Shown: positions 28,570 through 38,266 of the stretch, piece after piece | Layout of the letters: the number at the start of each line of letters is the position of its first letter | Position numbering within the stretch: position 1 is the stretch's first letter | DNA from: Pyrodictiaceae archaeon | Lineage (GTDB): Archaea > Thermoproteota > Thermoprotei_A > Sulfolobales > Pyrodictiaceae | NCBI GenBank assembly: GCA_027036135.1 | Contig: JALVSY010000030.1 | Coordinates: 32,001 to 96,000, forward strand | Length of the DNA: 64,000 bases | Direction: 5' to 3' | Program-made: the position numbers and the translations under genes | Notes under the pieces: model-generated | Seen by the model: only the letters and a program-made list of their open reading frames with translations | Told to the model about the DNA's origin: nothing | Databases searched by the model: none

Positions 28570-30111
28570 TTATTGATATGAAAGAAGTTCTGATCTCCTC
28601 CTTCTTAGTGCCATTATTCTTCGCGCTGACTCCAAGGCGTAAAAGAATCCTACAACCTCTAGGCGGCCAAGAGTCATTAACACCATGAGTATTATTTTAG
28701 CTGATAGAGGTGCCGAAGCAGATGTTATCCCTACGCTTAGACCCGTGGTGGCGAGTGCGCTGGCAACCTCGAACGCAGCATCTATAACATGGTATTGCGG
28801 GTTAAACACAACCATGAGTATGGTCCCGAGGGTTTCTCCTACTATGTAGAAGGCAATAACGGCAAAAACTGCTGCTATCTCTGAATAATCTATAGTGTAG
28901 CCGCCTATGCGCCTCCTCACTATAACGTCTCCCTGAAGCGTCTCTTTTATATTCCACCACATGTTCTTAAAGAACACTATTAGTCTATATTGCTTGATGC
29001 CGCCAGTTGTTGAGAGAACCGAGCCACCTATTAGCATAAGGATTATAAGTATTAGCTTCCATAGCTCCGGCGCCTTGCCCAGATTACTTATGCTGAAACC
29101 AGTTGTTGTTACAGCACTTACTACATCGAAGAGCGCTTCCCTGAACGGGTTATTGGTTGTCCACTTCATACCGAGTCGTAGTAGAAGCGGAGCCGATAGC
29201 AACGTCGTTATTGCTATTATTAGGAGGAGAGATGTTGTTTCTCCACTAAACTTCCTCTTCTTACCAGTAAGAAGCGCGTAGAGGTCTGCGAAGTTGCATG
29301 CACCGAATATCATGCCTGCTATTACTGCTAGCTCTATTTTGAAAGAATGGTAGAACGCTATACTAGCGCTATGTGTCTCGAAGCCACCAGTCGAGAGAGC
29401 AGTCATTGCATCATATACTGCGTTTGGGAGCGGGGCGCCAGCGAAGTATATGAGCGCTATATCTACTAGGGTGAAGAAGAGGTATGTGAGCATTAGTGCT
29501 CTTAGGCTTTTGGCTATGCTTGGTTCTAGTCTCTCGTATCTGCCCTCTGCTAGGCCTACGAGGTGAGCTGGGAGCCCGCCTAGCCGGGCGAACACGAAGA
29601 ACATAACCACTATGCCGAAGCCTCCTAGCCACTGGCAATAAGCCCTCCACCACAAAATACTCGGAGGAAGCTGCTCCACGCTGGGTACATAGCGGTGGAA
29701 AAACGGGTCAACACCACCAGTGAACACAGAGAGACCAGTAGTAGTATAGCCACTAATACTCTCAAACCAAGAATCAACCAAGGGTATATGGAGAACAACA
29801 CTAACCGGAACAGCAGAGAAAAAAGGAGTCAAAACCCAAGCAAGAGCAACAAGAACAAATGCTTCCTCTTTTCGCATGCTACGTGAGGGCCTAGTATACA
29901 TGAGCCATATTATCGAAAATGCCAGATATCCTATACTCCAGGCTAGTAATTGCAATGAATACAGAATATCTCCGCTAAGAAGTCCCGTGATTGCAGCTAA
30001 TAAGTGAGTTATGCCAGCAAACGCTACTGATACGACAAGATACCTAACTAAGGGAGATACATAAATAACACGCCCTGACTCTGTACGCCTCGCCGAAGTA
30101 ATGCTTGCCAT
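28570..30111 (-). CDS. trkH: Trk-type K+ uptake membrane subunit
   Basis: FESISGYTTTG, QWLGGFG, STGGF, TTTGF, STTGGIK, TTGLS, LGRLE. Confidence 0.93.
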   Translation of the reverse strand: MASITSARRTESGRVIYVSPLVRYLVVSVAFAGITHLLAAITGLLSGDILYSLQLLAWSIGYLAFSIIWLMYTRPSRSMRKEEAFVLVALAWVLTPFFSAVPVSVVLHIPLVDSWFESISGYTTTGLSVFTGGVDPFFHRYVPSVEQLPPSILWWRAYCQWLGGFGIVVMFFVFARLGGLPAHLVGLAEGRYERLEPSIAKSLRALMLTYLFFTLVDIALIYFAGAPLPNAVYDAMTALSTGGFETHSASIAFYHSFKIELAVIAGMIFGACNFADLYALLTGKKRKFSGETTSLLLIIAITTLLSAPLLLRLGMKWTTNNPFREALFDVVSAVTTTGFSISNLGKAPELWKLILIILMLIGGSVLSTTGGIKQYRLIVFFKNMWWNIKETLQGDVIVRRRIGGYTIDYSEIAAVFAVIAFYIVGETLGTILMVVFNPQYHVIDAAFEVASALATTGLSVGITSASAPLSAKIILMVLMTLGRLEVVGFFYALESARRIMALRRRRSELLSYQ

Positions 30112-30709
30112 TCCCGGATCCTCTGTTCAAGGCTTAGAGTATTAACCTCTCCGAGAAGCATCGGCTTTACTGATTCATAGGATAAAACGCTTTATCTTTT
30201 GCTGGACGTTTATAATACTTCTCTTAAACATAACCAGTGTTATCATTGAAAGCCAACCTGGTACTTAACTAGCTCTCAACAAGCATATCAAATGACAATA
30301 ATCAAGTGAATTATACCAGCTACCGCTACGTAGGGCACTATATAAGTATGTAGAAGAATTGAACAACCAATTTCAATTATTCATCATTCAAACATGCAAT
30401 GACTTGGCTCTATAAAAGTAAAAGGCATTACTTTATGACTGGCTTCACAAACTCTTCTCTGAATCTAATACAAATCTTCAGCGCCTCCTTACCAGTGCTG
30501 AATAAGCTAGTTTAACATGCATCAAACAAGATACCATGACCGCTAAACAACGTCACCAAGGGACTTTACTAGCTTCTAGGCTGAGAGCCATGGATGAAAA
30601 TGCTCATAAAACCTAATGAGAAGGATGATGGTGACGACACTTGTCTAGAAGTCTTAGGAAAACGATCTTTGGTTTAGCTTAACCGAGCAAAGGAGATTTG
30701 AACAGGGGG

Positions 30710-30786
<77 letters not shown>

Positions 30787-30870
30787 ACCTCCTCGCCTAG
30801 GGGAGGGTTCCGTGTTCTTGTTGCATTGTCTGGGACTCTAGCTTATATTGGCTTCTCTCGTGGCGGTATC

Positions 30871-31359
30871 CTAGGTTAGTCTTATTATTGCCTCGTTTAC
30901 TTTTCTCCTTACCTCGTCTATGCTTGGTAGCTCTGCTATCATTCTTACCTTGAGGGTTATTGTTATCTCGCCTTCCCCAGCATCATAGGTTACATCGTAC
31001 TCGTCTACTCCTTGGAACTCCTCGGACGATTCTATACTCGCTGCGATTTCTTCCTCTACTACTCGTTTATCAAGGCCTTTATCGACCCGTATAGTGTACA
31101 CTGCTTCTACGCCATCCGGGCTCGCGTCGATGAAGACGCTCTCTATCCCGGAGCCCGGTGACAGCTGAATAACTATTCTCGGACCATAGGGATCTATCTC
31201 TATGTCCTCAACCGTTGTAATCTTAGCGCCAAGGGGCTCTATTATTGGTCGAAGTGCTTTCTCAACCAGCTTAGCTAGTCTGATTAGGTGCTCGTCCTCA
31301 GCCAATGAATTCACACCATTATCCTGGTTTATGAGAAGAGAAGCTATTACCTTTCCCAA
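30871..31359 (-). CDS. acidic hypothetical protein
   Basis: open ORF with normal codon use; start uncertain. Confidence 0.7.
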   Translation of the reverse strand: MGKVIASLLINQDNGVNSLAEDEHLIRLAKLVEKALRPIIEPLGAKITTVEDIEIDPYGPRIVIQLSPGSGIESVFIDASPDGVEAVYTIRVDKGLDKRVVEEEIAASIESSEEFQGVDEYDVTYDAGEGEITITLKVRMIAELPSIDEVRRKVNEAIIRLT

Positions 31360-31452
31360 ACCTCAACTAACTCCTAGGTATGAATATTACGTAATAATTG
31401 TAAACGGTAATTAGGATCCGAGTATCGCGAAAATAATTGCTAAGGCATAGAT

Positions 31453-32667
31453 CTATTTCTTTGCCTCTGTTAGTTTCTCCTCGACGAATTCTCTGATGCG
31501 CTTAGTGCCTTCAACTATGTCTTCTCGGTTCACCGCGAAGCTTATGCGTATGAAGCCCTTGCCTGCTTTGTCAGGGAAGTTGGTTCCTGGCAGGGTTACT
31601 ACTGCTTTCTCCTCTACTAGTTTCTCTGAGAACTCCTCTGTTGAGAACCCGGTCTCTTTGAGTACCTTGGCTATTCGTGGAAAGATGTAGAAGGCGCCAC
31701 GCGGCTTTGCTACCTCGAATCCGGGTACCTTGCTGAGCTCCTCGTATATGAGGTCACGGCGCCGCCTAAACTCCTCTATCATCTTCTTGACGGGCTCCCA
31801 TGGGCCGCGGAGAGCTGCTGCTCCTGCCCGCTGACTGATACTCGGCGCGCAGCTATAGATGTTGACTGCGAGTCTTCTCAGAGCTGTTATTACCTCTTTC
31901 TTCGCTGCTATGTAGCCTAGCCTGAACCCTGTCATCGCGAATGTCTTTGAGTGCCCATTAACGTATATCACGTAGTCCTTCCAGCCTGACTGCTCAAGGA
32001 TACCGCGGAATTCGCCGTCGTAGACATAGTTGTCATAAATCTCATCGACTAAAAGCACTATTCTTTTCCTGCGAGCGAGTTCGTAGAGGGCCTCGATCTC
32101 CTTGGGGGAGAAGAGTGAGCCAGTCGGGTTGTGGGGATTGTTAAGGACTATTAGCTTCGTCTTACTGGTTATAGCTGACTCCAGTGCCTCTAGGTCTAGG
32201 CTGAAGCCCTCGCCGCTCCTCCACTTCATTGGGACAAAAACGGGCTTAGCACCACCGGCTCTAGCTGCCTCGGAGTAGGCGTAGTAGCTTGGCTCGGGGA
32301 CTATTACTTCGTCGCCTGGGCTTACAAGAGCGAATATTGACATAAAAATAGCTGTCTTAGCACCTGTAGTTACTAGGACTTCGTTGGGAGAGACTTCGGC
32401 TTGGTAGCGCTCGTTGAGGTAATCAGCTATTGCTTCTCGGAGCTCCTTTATTCCTTGGGCCTCGGTGTACCCGGTGAAGCCCTCGTCTAGGGCCTTCTTA
32501 GCCTCCTCTATCACGTGGGCCGGTGGGCGGAAATCGGGCTGGCCGACGCCGAAGTTTACTACATGTATGCCCTTTGCTGCTAGTTCCTTGGCCTTGGCGA
32601 TGTATATAAAGCCTTTTTCTCCGAGTAAGCGCGGGATAATGGGGCGCACAAGGCTCTCAACAACCAT
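31453..32667 (-). CDS. class I/II PLP-dependent aminotransferase (aspartate aminotransferase-like)
   Basis: GQPDF, NNPHNPTG, DEIY, SKTFAMTGFRLG, GAFY. Confidence 0.93.
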   Translation of the reverse strand: MVVESLVRPIIPRLLGEKGFIYIAKAKELAAKGIHVVNFGVGQPDFRPPAHVIEEAKKALDEGFTGYTEAQGIKELREAIADYLNERYQAEVSPNEVLVTTGAKTAIFMSIFALVSPGDEVIVPEPSYYAYSEAARAGGAKPVFVPMKWRSGEGFSLDLEALESAITSKTKLIVLNNPHNPTGSLFSPKEIEALYELARRKRIVLLVDEIYDNYVYDGEFRGILEQSGWKDYVIYVNGHSKTFAMTGFRLGYIAAKKEVITALRRLAVNIYSCAPSISQRAGAAALRGPWEPVKKMIEEFRRRRDLIYEELSKVPGFEVAKPRGAFYIFPRIAKVLKETGFSTEEFSEKLVEEKAVVTLPGTNFPDKAGKGFIRISFAVNREDIVEGTKRIREFVEEKLTEAKK

Positions 32668-32830
32668 GGCCTCCTCTTCCTCCGCGTAGTAGTCGTTGAT
32701 AAGCGAAGTACTTGTGCAGAGTGGTCTAGGCGCACAATTCCCTCCAAGCGTAGGGTACAGTGTCTAAAATACTCTTAGCAGAGCGTGTAGATGAATTGGT
32801 CGCTTACTCGTATAGGGGATAGACTGCATC

Positions 32831-33601
32831 ATGCCCGAGGAGAGCCAGTCCCTGGCCAGTATTGTAATCAAGATTGCTGGGCAAATTATAGGGCTTAACC
32901 CTAATGCTTTGGAGAAGAAGTTCAAGGCTCGCGAGATATACCAAGGGTACCGTGTTGAGCAGCCACTAGCTCTGCGCCTTGACGGTGTTGGCTGGGGACG
33001 TAGGCTTAGGGATAGGTACGAGTGGCCCCGAGACGAGCGTGTTCACAGAGCACTTATTGTTGCAGCCGTGAGGCTCCTAGAGGAGTTTAATGCGTGTTGT
33101 GGACTAGTCGTAAGCGATGAGGTAAGCATAATTATTGGTAACGAGCCCCCGTATGGCGGGCGCGTAGAGAAGCTCGTGAGTATATCTGCTGGCTTAGTCT
33201 CAGCCACTATTAGCAGTGTTCTCGGCGAGGAGCTCTACGTGGACTCACGCATAGTGAAGCTATACGGTGCCAACGATGCAGCAGAGTATCTCCTTTACCG
33301 AATACGTGTAGGCTTCAATAACTATGTATCCAGTATTTATCATAGCATGGTACCCGGGGAGAAAGGTCGTACCCCTAGCCTCCCAGAGATGCTCCAAAAA
33401 CTAACAGAGATGGAGACACCGCCCTCGCTATGGGAGCCATGGCGCTTGCTCGGGACATGTATAGCTCGTACACAGTCCCTACGAGTACTTGATGATGCAG
33501 TTGCTGAGAGGAGACGCATAATAGCTCTTGACGCCTCTCCATCTCTCTGCAAAAAGGCTACAGACTCGTCCCTAGGACACGTAGCGGTTCATAGGATGTA
33601 G
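32831..33601 (+). CDS. thg1: tRNA(His) guanylyltransferase Thg1-like
   Basis: LRLDG, SDEVS, GRVEKLVS, DSR. Confidence 0.82.
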   Translation: MPEESQSLASIVIKIAGQIIGLNPNALEKKFKAREIYQGYRVEQPLALRLDGVGWGRRLRDRYEWPRDERVHRALIVAAVRLLEEFNACCGLVVSDEVSIIIGNEPPYGGRVEKLVSISAGLVSATISSVLGEELYVDSRIVKLYGANDAAEYLLYRIRVGFNNYVSSIYHSMVPGEKGRTPSLPEMLQKLTEMETPPSLWEPWRLLGTCIARTQSLRVLDDAVAERRRIIALDASPSLCKKATDSSLGHVAVHRM

Positions 33602-33649
33602 TCTCCGGGGAGCCGCTCTTTATCCTCGCGGAGAGAGTTATCAAAAACG

Positions 33650-34093
33650 GTGAATATTTTGAAACTCATACACATAAGAGTAGTCGCGAGGAACCAGGAA
33701 GGCTACCTGGTAAGAGCACAGGCTAGGAGCCACGAACTGGTACTAGATGAGCCCCGGGAGAGCGGGGGAACTGACCAAGGCCCAACGCCCCTAGAGGCTC
33801 TACTAGCCGCGCTAGCTGGCTGCCTCATGATGACTCTAAGGCTGCACGCACAGCGAAGCCGAGTAGACATAGAGAGTATAGAGGCCGTGGCCGAGGCCTA
33901 CGTGGATCCGAGAGGATTTATTGGAAAAGCTAAACCAGGGCTCCAGGACACCAAGCTCCGCCTAGTAGTAAGGAGTAGCGCGGACCCTGAGAAAGTCAAG
34001 GAACTAGTCCATAACGCGGAGAAGTACTGCCCCGTAGCTGATACACTGCGCTCGGAGACCTCGGTGAAGCTGGAAATTGAGATCAAGGAGTGA
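33650..34093 (+). CDS. OsmC/Ohr family protein
   Basis: DEP..GGTDQGPTP.E.LLAALAGC ... CPV. Confidence 0.9.
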   Translation: MNILKLIHIRVVARNQEGYLVRAQARSHELVLDEPRESGGTDQGPTPLEALLAALAGCLMMTLRLHAQRSRVDIESIEAVAEAYVDPRGFIGKAKPGLQDTKLRLVVRSSADPEKVKELVHNAEKYCPVADTLRSETSVKLEIEIKE

Positions 34094-34168
34094 CTATTAG
34101 GGCCAAAGGCAAGGAATGTTAGAGAAATTCGCGTAATCCTTAACAATACTCTAGTGATCAATAATCAT

Positions 34169-34240
34169 GGTGAGTGATGAGCCCGCCCTTGCCCGAGAAG
34201 GCAAGGGATGCGGGACCTCGTCGCCGCGGTTTGCTGACAC
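34169..34240 (+). ncRNA. box C/D sRNA candidate
   Basis: C box GTGATGA (34174-80), 12-nt guide + CCGA, D box CTGA (34234-37), GTG/CAC stem, T-run after. Confidence 0.65.
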
Positions 34241-34283
34241 TTTTTCTCTCCTTCGAGAGCCCTTGATGCAGGTGCACCCTTAA

Positions 34284-35073
34284 TCAAGGCTCTATGGCTG
34301 TGAGTGCCTCGAGCCTTATCTGTTCAACAACCTTGCTCTTTATCCATGGAGGCTCCATTGGTATGAGCTCGTCTATTATCTGTGCTAGCTCAGGGGAAAG
34401 CCTTATAGAGCCGCTTATCAGCATCTTTGTAAAGGCCTTTGTTGCCAGGTAGGCTGCATAAACTCTATTATTATTTGGAAGCGTTGTTGAGGCAAGTTCG
34501 TATAGTGTCTTATAGACTAGCTTTACGTGGCTCTTGTCCCCAAGGTAGAGGTAGGCGCCACGAGGCCCCTTACCGGCAAGGGAATACAGCGTCTCCATGA
34601 TCCTCGCCGGGATAGCTACGTAGACCGCGTTGTCAATCCTCATCACTGCTGGCATCGCGTGCCAAGCAGCCTTATGAACCAGCACCGCTAGCGCGCTTTG
34701 AAGACCCTCGTTCCCCTTCTTACCCGGCAAGGGCGAGCCACTAAGCTGGACTACTTGTAGGCCCGCGCCACGCCTATAGGTATAGAACACTACGAGGCTG
34801 CCAACACCCAGGCTCCTTGCTGCCTCGAGAAGCCACTCAGCAACTATGCCTGCCTCCCTAGGCTCTAGCACCTTTGTCGGGCTAAAGACGGCGACCTCCC
34901 TAACAAACATTAGGACTGGTAGAACCATTATCCCGACAATCCCTGCCACTATGGCTGCTGCCGCGACACTGGTACCAGCTGCCACGAGAACACTGAGGAG
35001 ACCCAGTGCTATGAGTAGCGAGCCTATATCGGGCCTAGGCGGCAGCTTCCTAGACCTAGTCCTTATAACCCAT
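34284..35073 (-). CDS. membrane-anchored hypothetical protein (5' end has a probable 1-nt insertion)
   Basis: frame is open upstream of 34985 (VIRTRSRKLPPRPDIGSLLIALG); AGGTG-ATG at 35073 is one base out of frame at a GGG run. Confidence 0.6.
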
Positions 35074-35223
35074 CACCTAGAGAGCTAAGGGAGGAACAGA
35101 CGCTGTCCGCTTCTATAAGAGTAGCGGTAAGCCTAGAATTAAGTCTTGTTAAGAATAAGCAGCTATGACAAGAGTATAAAGGATTAAGAGGCTAAGAAGC
35201 GACAAGAATACGTGAAAAAATAG

Positions 35224-36090
35224 CTACTTTCTCGGAACAGCTAGTTTCGTACAGCTCTTGTGCACATAGGCTTCTCCTACCTTGACGAAGTCCTCGGGGT
35301 TACCGGGTGGGTACTCGTAGAGCGTGCAGTCAGGTATACCTGCTTCGAGGAATGCCTGGTGCCTGTTCCGGCAGCTCTCGCAGCGCCCGCAGTGATATTT
35401 GCCGCTAAGATAGCAGCTCCATGTCTCATAGATTAGGTCGCCGAGTAGCTCATAGTTTCTGCGCAGGTTCTCCGCCTTGGTGAGGCCTTGCCGGCTCGGA
35501 CTCCATATCTCTATGCGCCTTGCTCCACGGAAGTGACAGATACGGAAAGCTGCCTGTAGTGCCTCTATGCACTCGGGGCTGCAGTCGGGATAGAGTGGCT
35601 CCCATGTGTCCTTCCTCGGGGCTATATCGTTGTAGTGGGCTCCGTAGACCACGTAGATGTTCTCGTCGGGATACATGTCTAGGAGGCTATAGGCGTAAGC
35701 GGTGGCGATACTGAGCATCACGACGTTCCTTATGGGGACAACTACTGTTGGCTGATACTCCTCCTCTACTCTTATCTCCTCGCTAGTAAGCTGGCTAGTC
35801 GTCCACAAGTTCTTCATGAAGCTCATGTCTATTATTTTGTGCTCTACTATCTCTCCCCATCCCTTCTCCCTTGCAAGCTCCCTGGTCTTCTCTATCAGCT
35901 TACTAGCGACTTCGAGCTCCTTGCTCCCTTTCTGACCATAGTTGAAGCTAAGGGCGTGAACCTTACAGCCACGTGCAAGCCACTGAACCATGTAGCCGAA
36001 GCTGTCCGGGCCACCACTAACAATAGCGACTACCCTACAAGGTTTCTTTACCTGTGGTTCAACACCTCTGCGCAGCGCGGTCTCCGCCAT
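35224..36090 (-). CDS. queC: 7-cyano-7-deazaguanine synthase
   Basis: SGGPDS, FNYGQ, VPIRN, YPDC, TWSCY, CGRCESC. Confidence 0.92.
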   Translation of the reverse strand: MAETALRRGVEPQVKKPCRVVAIVSGGPDSFGYMVQWLARGCKVHALSFNYGQKGSKELEVASKLIEKTRELAREKGWGEIVEHKIIDMSFMKNLWTTSQLTSEEIRVEEEYQPTVVVPIRNVVMLSIATAYAYSLLDMYPDENIYVVYGAHYNDIAPRKDTWEPLYPDCSPECIEALQAAFRICHFRGARRIEIWSPSRQGLTKAENLRRNYELLGDLIYETWSCYLSGKYHCGRCESCRNRHQAFLEAGIPDCTLYEYPPGNPEDFVKVGEAYVHKSCTKLAVPRK

Positions 36091-36218
36091 AGTTACCTCC
36101 CCCTCTACTCCTCAGAGAAGTGCTTCCCTATGCTAGGGCTCTATCATGTTCAACCACTTTTAAACAAATATCACCACACCCTAGCAACACAAACACCCAG
36201 GGAGAGTACCTGCTCCTA

Positions 36219-36304
36219 GCCGATGAGGTACTGGGATCAACGATGCAGAAACTGAGCCTCCCCTCTGGGAGGGGAGGGATGCGCTAGCCTGCCGCCTCCG
36301 AGGC
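36219..36304 (+). ncRNA. box C/D-like sRNA candidate with internal GC hairpin
   Basis: GCC-GATGA ... CTGA, hairpin CCTCCCCTC/GAGGGGAGG, GGATGC, guide, CCGA-GGC. Confidence 0.5.
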
Positions 36305-36367
36305 CCCCTCCCATCCTCTGGTAAGGAGTTATTGAGAAGCCAAGGACCCTGGGTTAATTAGGGAATA

Positions 36368-37525
36368 GTGCGGAGAATTGTTCTTTCTTGGATGCAGGCG
36401 ATGAGTGTTAGGCGCTTCCTTGAGGAGAAACTCGGCCCCGTGACTAGGTTATCTGAGGAGCTGCTTTCGCTGCGTAGGAGTCTCGTCTCAACACTACTTG
36501 GCCGTGACGTCTCCGAGCTACTGAGCGACGAGTACCTGGCCGAGATTGTTCTAGGCGGGCTACGAGCCGAGGATTGGAGGAGACCAAGATACCCGCCAGG
36601 AAGCCTTGCCGGCTTCTATCACGATGTGCTAGGCATTGGAGTGGATAATCTTAAGCTACTCCTAGCCCGTCTGAGCGATGGCCTCCCCCTCCGCATAGCA
36701 ACACGAGGCATAAGGGTTATTGCGGAGGATACCGAGCCTCTTCAGCTAATCCATGAGATAAACTCGTTGTCCAAAGCTATACTAGAGAAACTTGGCAAGA
36801 AAACAGTAGTTACACCAGCCAATAGAGAGCCGGGCGAGCAACACGCGGCCTTAGAGGTTCTAGAGGAGCTCCTACGAGCAATAACAGAGACGCTCCCACC
36901 CTACTCTAGGGAGGCACAAATCCTCTTCAGTGCAGGGAATGGTTCCCTACCAAGAAAGCTCTACGAACAACTAGGCAACGAGGAGCAAAAAGAGCTCCAG
37001 GAACTAGGCCTAGGCGAGGAGAAGAGGCTACCGGGCTGCCCCAATGACTCTGCTCGGTGCCTCCTCGGGGCAAAGAAGGGCTCTGTAATCAGTCTCTACT
37101 ACTGCTACGCCATAGCAGCTATGAGGCTAACCCAGGATAAGAGCATAAGAAGCTACTACAATGTACAAGACGCTCTCCAAGACCTACTAGGAACAATAGA
37201 CGAGAAAACACTAACAGATCCACTCCTACAAGAACTAGCCCAATATTCTCGGAAAACACCATGCCTACCAAAGAAAGAATGCAAAACCCCGCCACCATGT
37301 ATACCGACCGGCTATGTCTTAGCAGAGATAAACCTACCCATAAGCGACGTCATAGTACAACTACCAGCAAACCGTGAAACAACCATAGGGGAGATACTCG
37401 AGAAAATCTATCCCCAACTATGCAAGGGACTAGCACAAATAACTATAGACGAGCAAAACCACATACAACTCCAATTCGCCGTGAAAACCGCGCTCCCTAC
37501 ACCGTTCCTACAGGAAACCCACTAA
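36368..37525 (+). CDS. hypothetical protein (helical, Cys-containing C-terminus)
   Basis: 385-aa ORF; no family recognised. Confidence 0.75.
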   Translation: MRRIVLSWMQAMSVRRFLEEKLGPVTRLSEELLSLRRSLVSTLLGRDVSELLSDEYLAEIVLGGLRAEDWRRPRYPPGSLAGFYHDVLGIGVDNLKLLLARLSDGLPLRIATRGIRVIAEDTEPLQLIHEINSLSKAILEKLGKKTVVTPANREPGEQHAALEVLEELLRAITETLPPYSREAQILFSAGNGSLPRKLYEQLGNEEQKELQELGLGEEKRLPGCPNDSARCLLGAKKGSVISLYYCYAIAAMRLTQDKSIRSYYNVQDALQDLLGTIDEKTLTDPLLQELAQYSRKTPCLPKKECKTPPPCIPTGYVLAEINLPISDVIVQLPANRETTIGEILEKIYPQLCKGLAQITIDEQNHIQLQFAVKTALPTPFLQETH

Positions 37526-37565
37526 GCATAAATACAACCTCTACATCTAATAAAACAGATGGGTG

Positions 37566-38187
37566 GGAACCCGGGACCCCTAATCCCCTCAGGGGGATAG
37601 GAAGACATAAAACAACACCATACATTATTTCCTGCTATTTTATCATAAATAAAGCATCATTATCAATTCTATCATGTATCAACTAGTGTTGGCTTCCTCG
37701 CATAGGGGATTCATAAACACAAAATCGTGGATATATGAATTTGGAATTTAATGTGTCCCGAGACCTATAATAAAATAAATGCCCTACACATGGCCAAACT
37801 TCTACCAGCATAGCAATGAAGTAGATGAGCCCACAGAGCTATGCTGTTAGGGATCTTATCGTTAATTATTTAATAGACGCCGTCTCCCTCGGCGGAGCCC
37901 TTCGTTAAAAGGATAATGTATCATGATTGCTACAAAGACAGCAGAGGTAAAACAATACCTAATTCAACTTTGGTCACGCTATCAAGGCTCTCTGGCTGCG
38001 TAGATAAATAGCCGTTCTGGGATAAACTAAGAGCGTTGATGATACCAATAAGTTACTGTTAAGTCATGCAATCCCCTAAGTCAAAAGCCATAGTTATGAC
38101 GGACAGCCTTATTGGGTAACTGTGAATGAATGTATCATAATATTGTTGCCAGTTCCTTCCCCTGAGGGAGGGATAGTCCCGGGTTCC
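37566..38187. repeat. inverted repeat pair flanking an AT-rich spacer (candidate replication origin)
   Basis: GGAACCCGGGAC-N8-CCCTCAGGGG..AGGAA at 37566-37603 and its inverse (N7 spacer) at 38153-38187; AATGTATCAT twice inside. Confidence 0.65.
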
Positions 38188-38266
38188 GCGCTTCTTCTTT
38201 CCCGCTGATTATCTGCATAGTTGTTATTTTTGGTTTGTTTTAGGTGTTCTTTCCCGGGCTCTTGGC

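Noticed and set aside
37504-37518. GTTCCTACAGGAAAC as a canonical ORB
   Set aside because: Spacer is one base longer than ORB, there is no G-string, it is single-copy and it lies inside a coding region.
36368-37525. WhiP initiator assignment
   Set aside because: I cannot recognise winged-helix or WhiP motifs; position alone is insufficient.
37566-38187. MITE bounded by terminal inverted repeats
   Set aside because: No target-site duplication at the ends and no transposase in the window; kept only as an alternative to the origin model.
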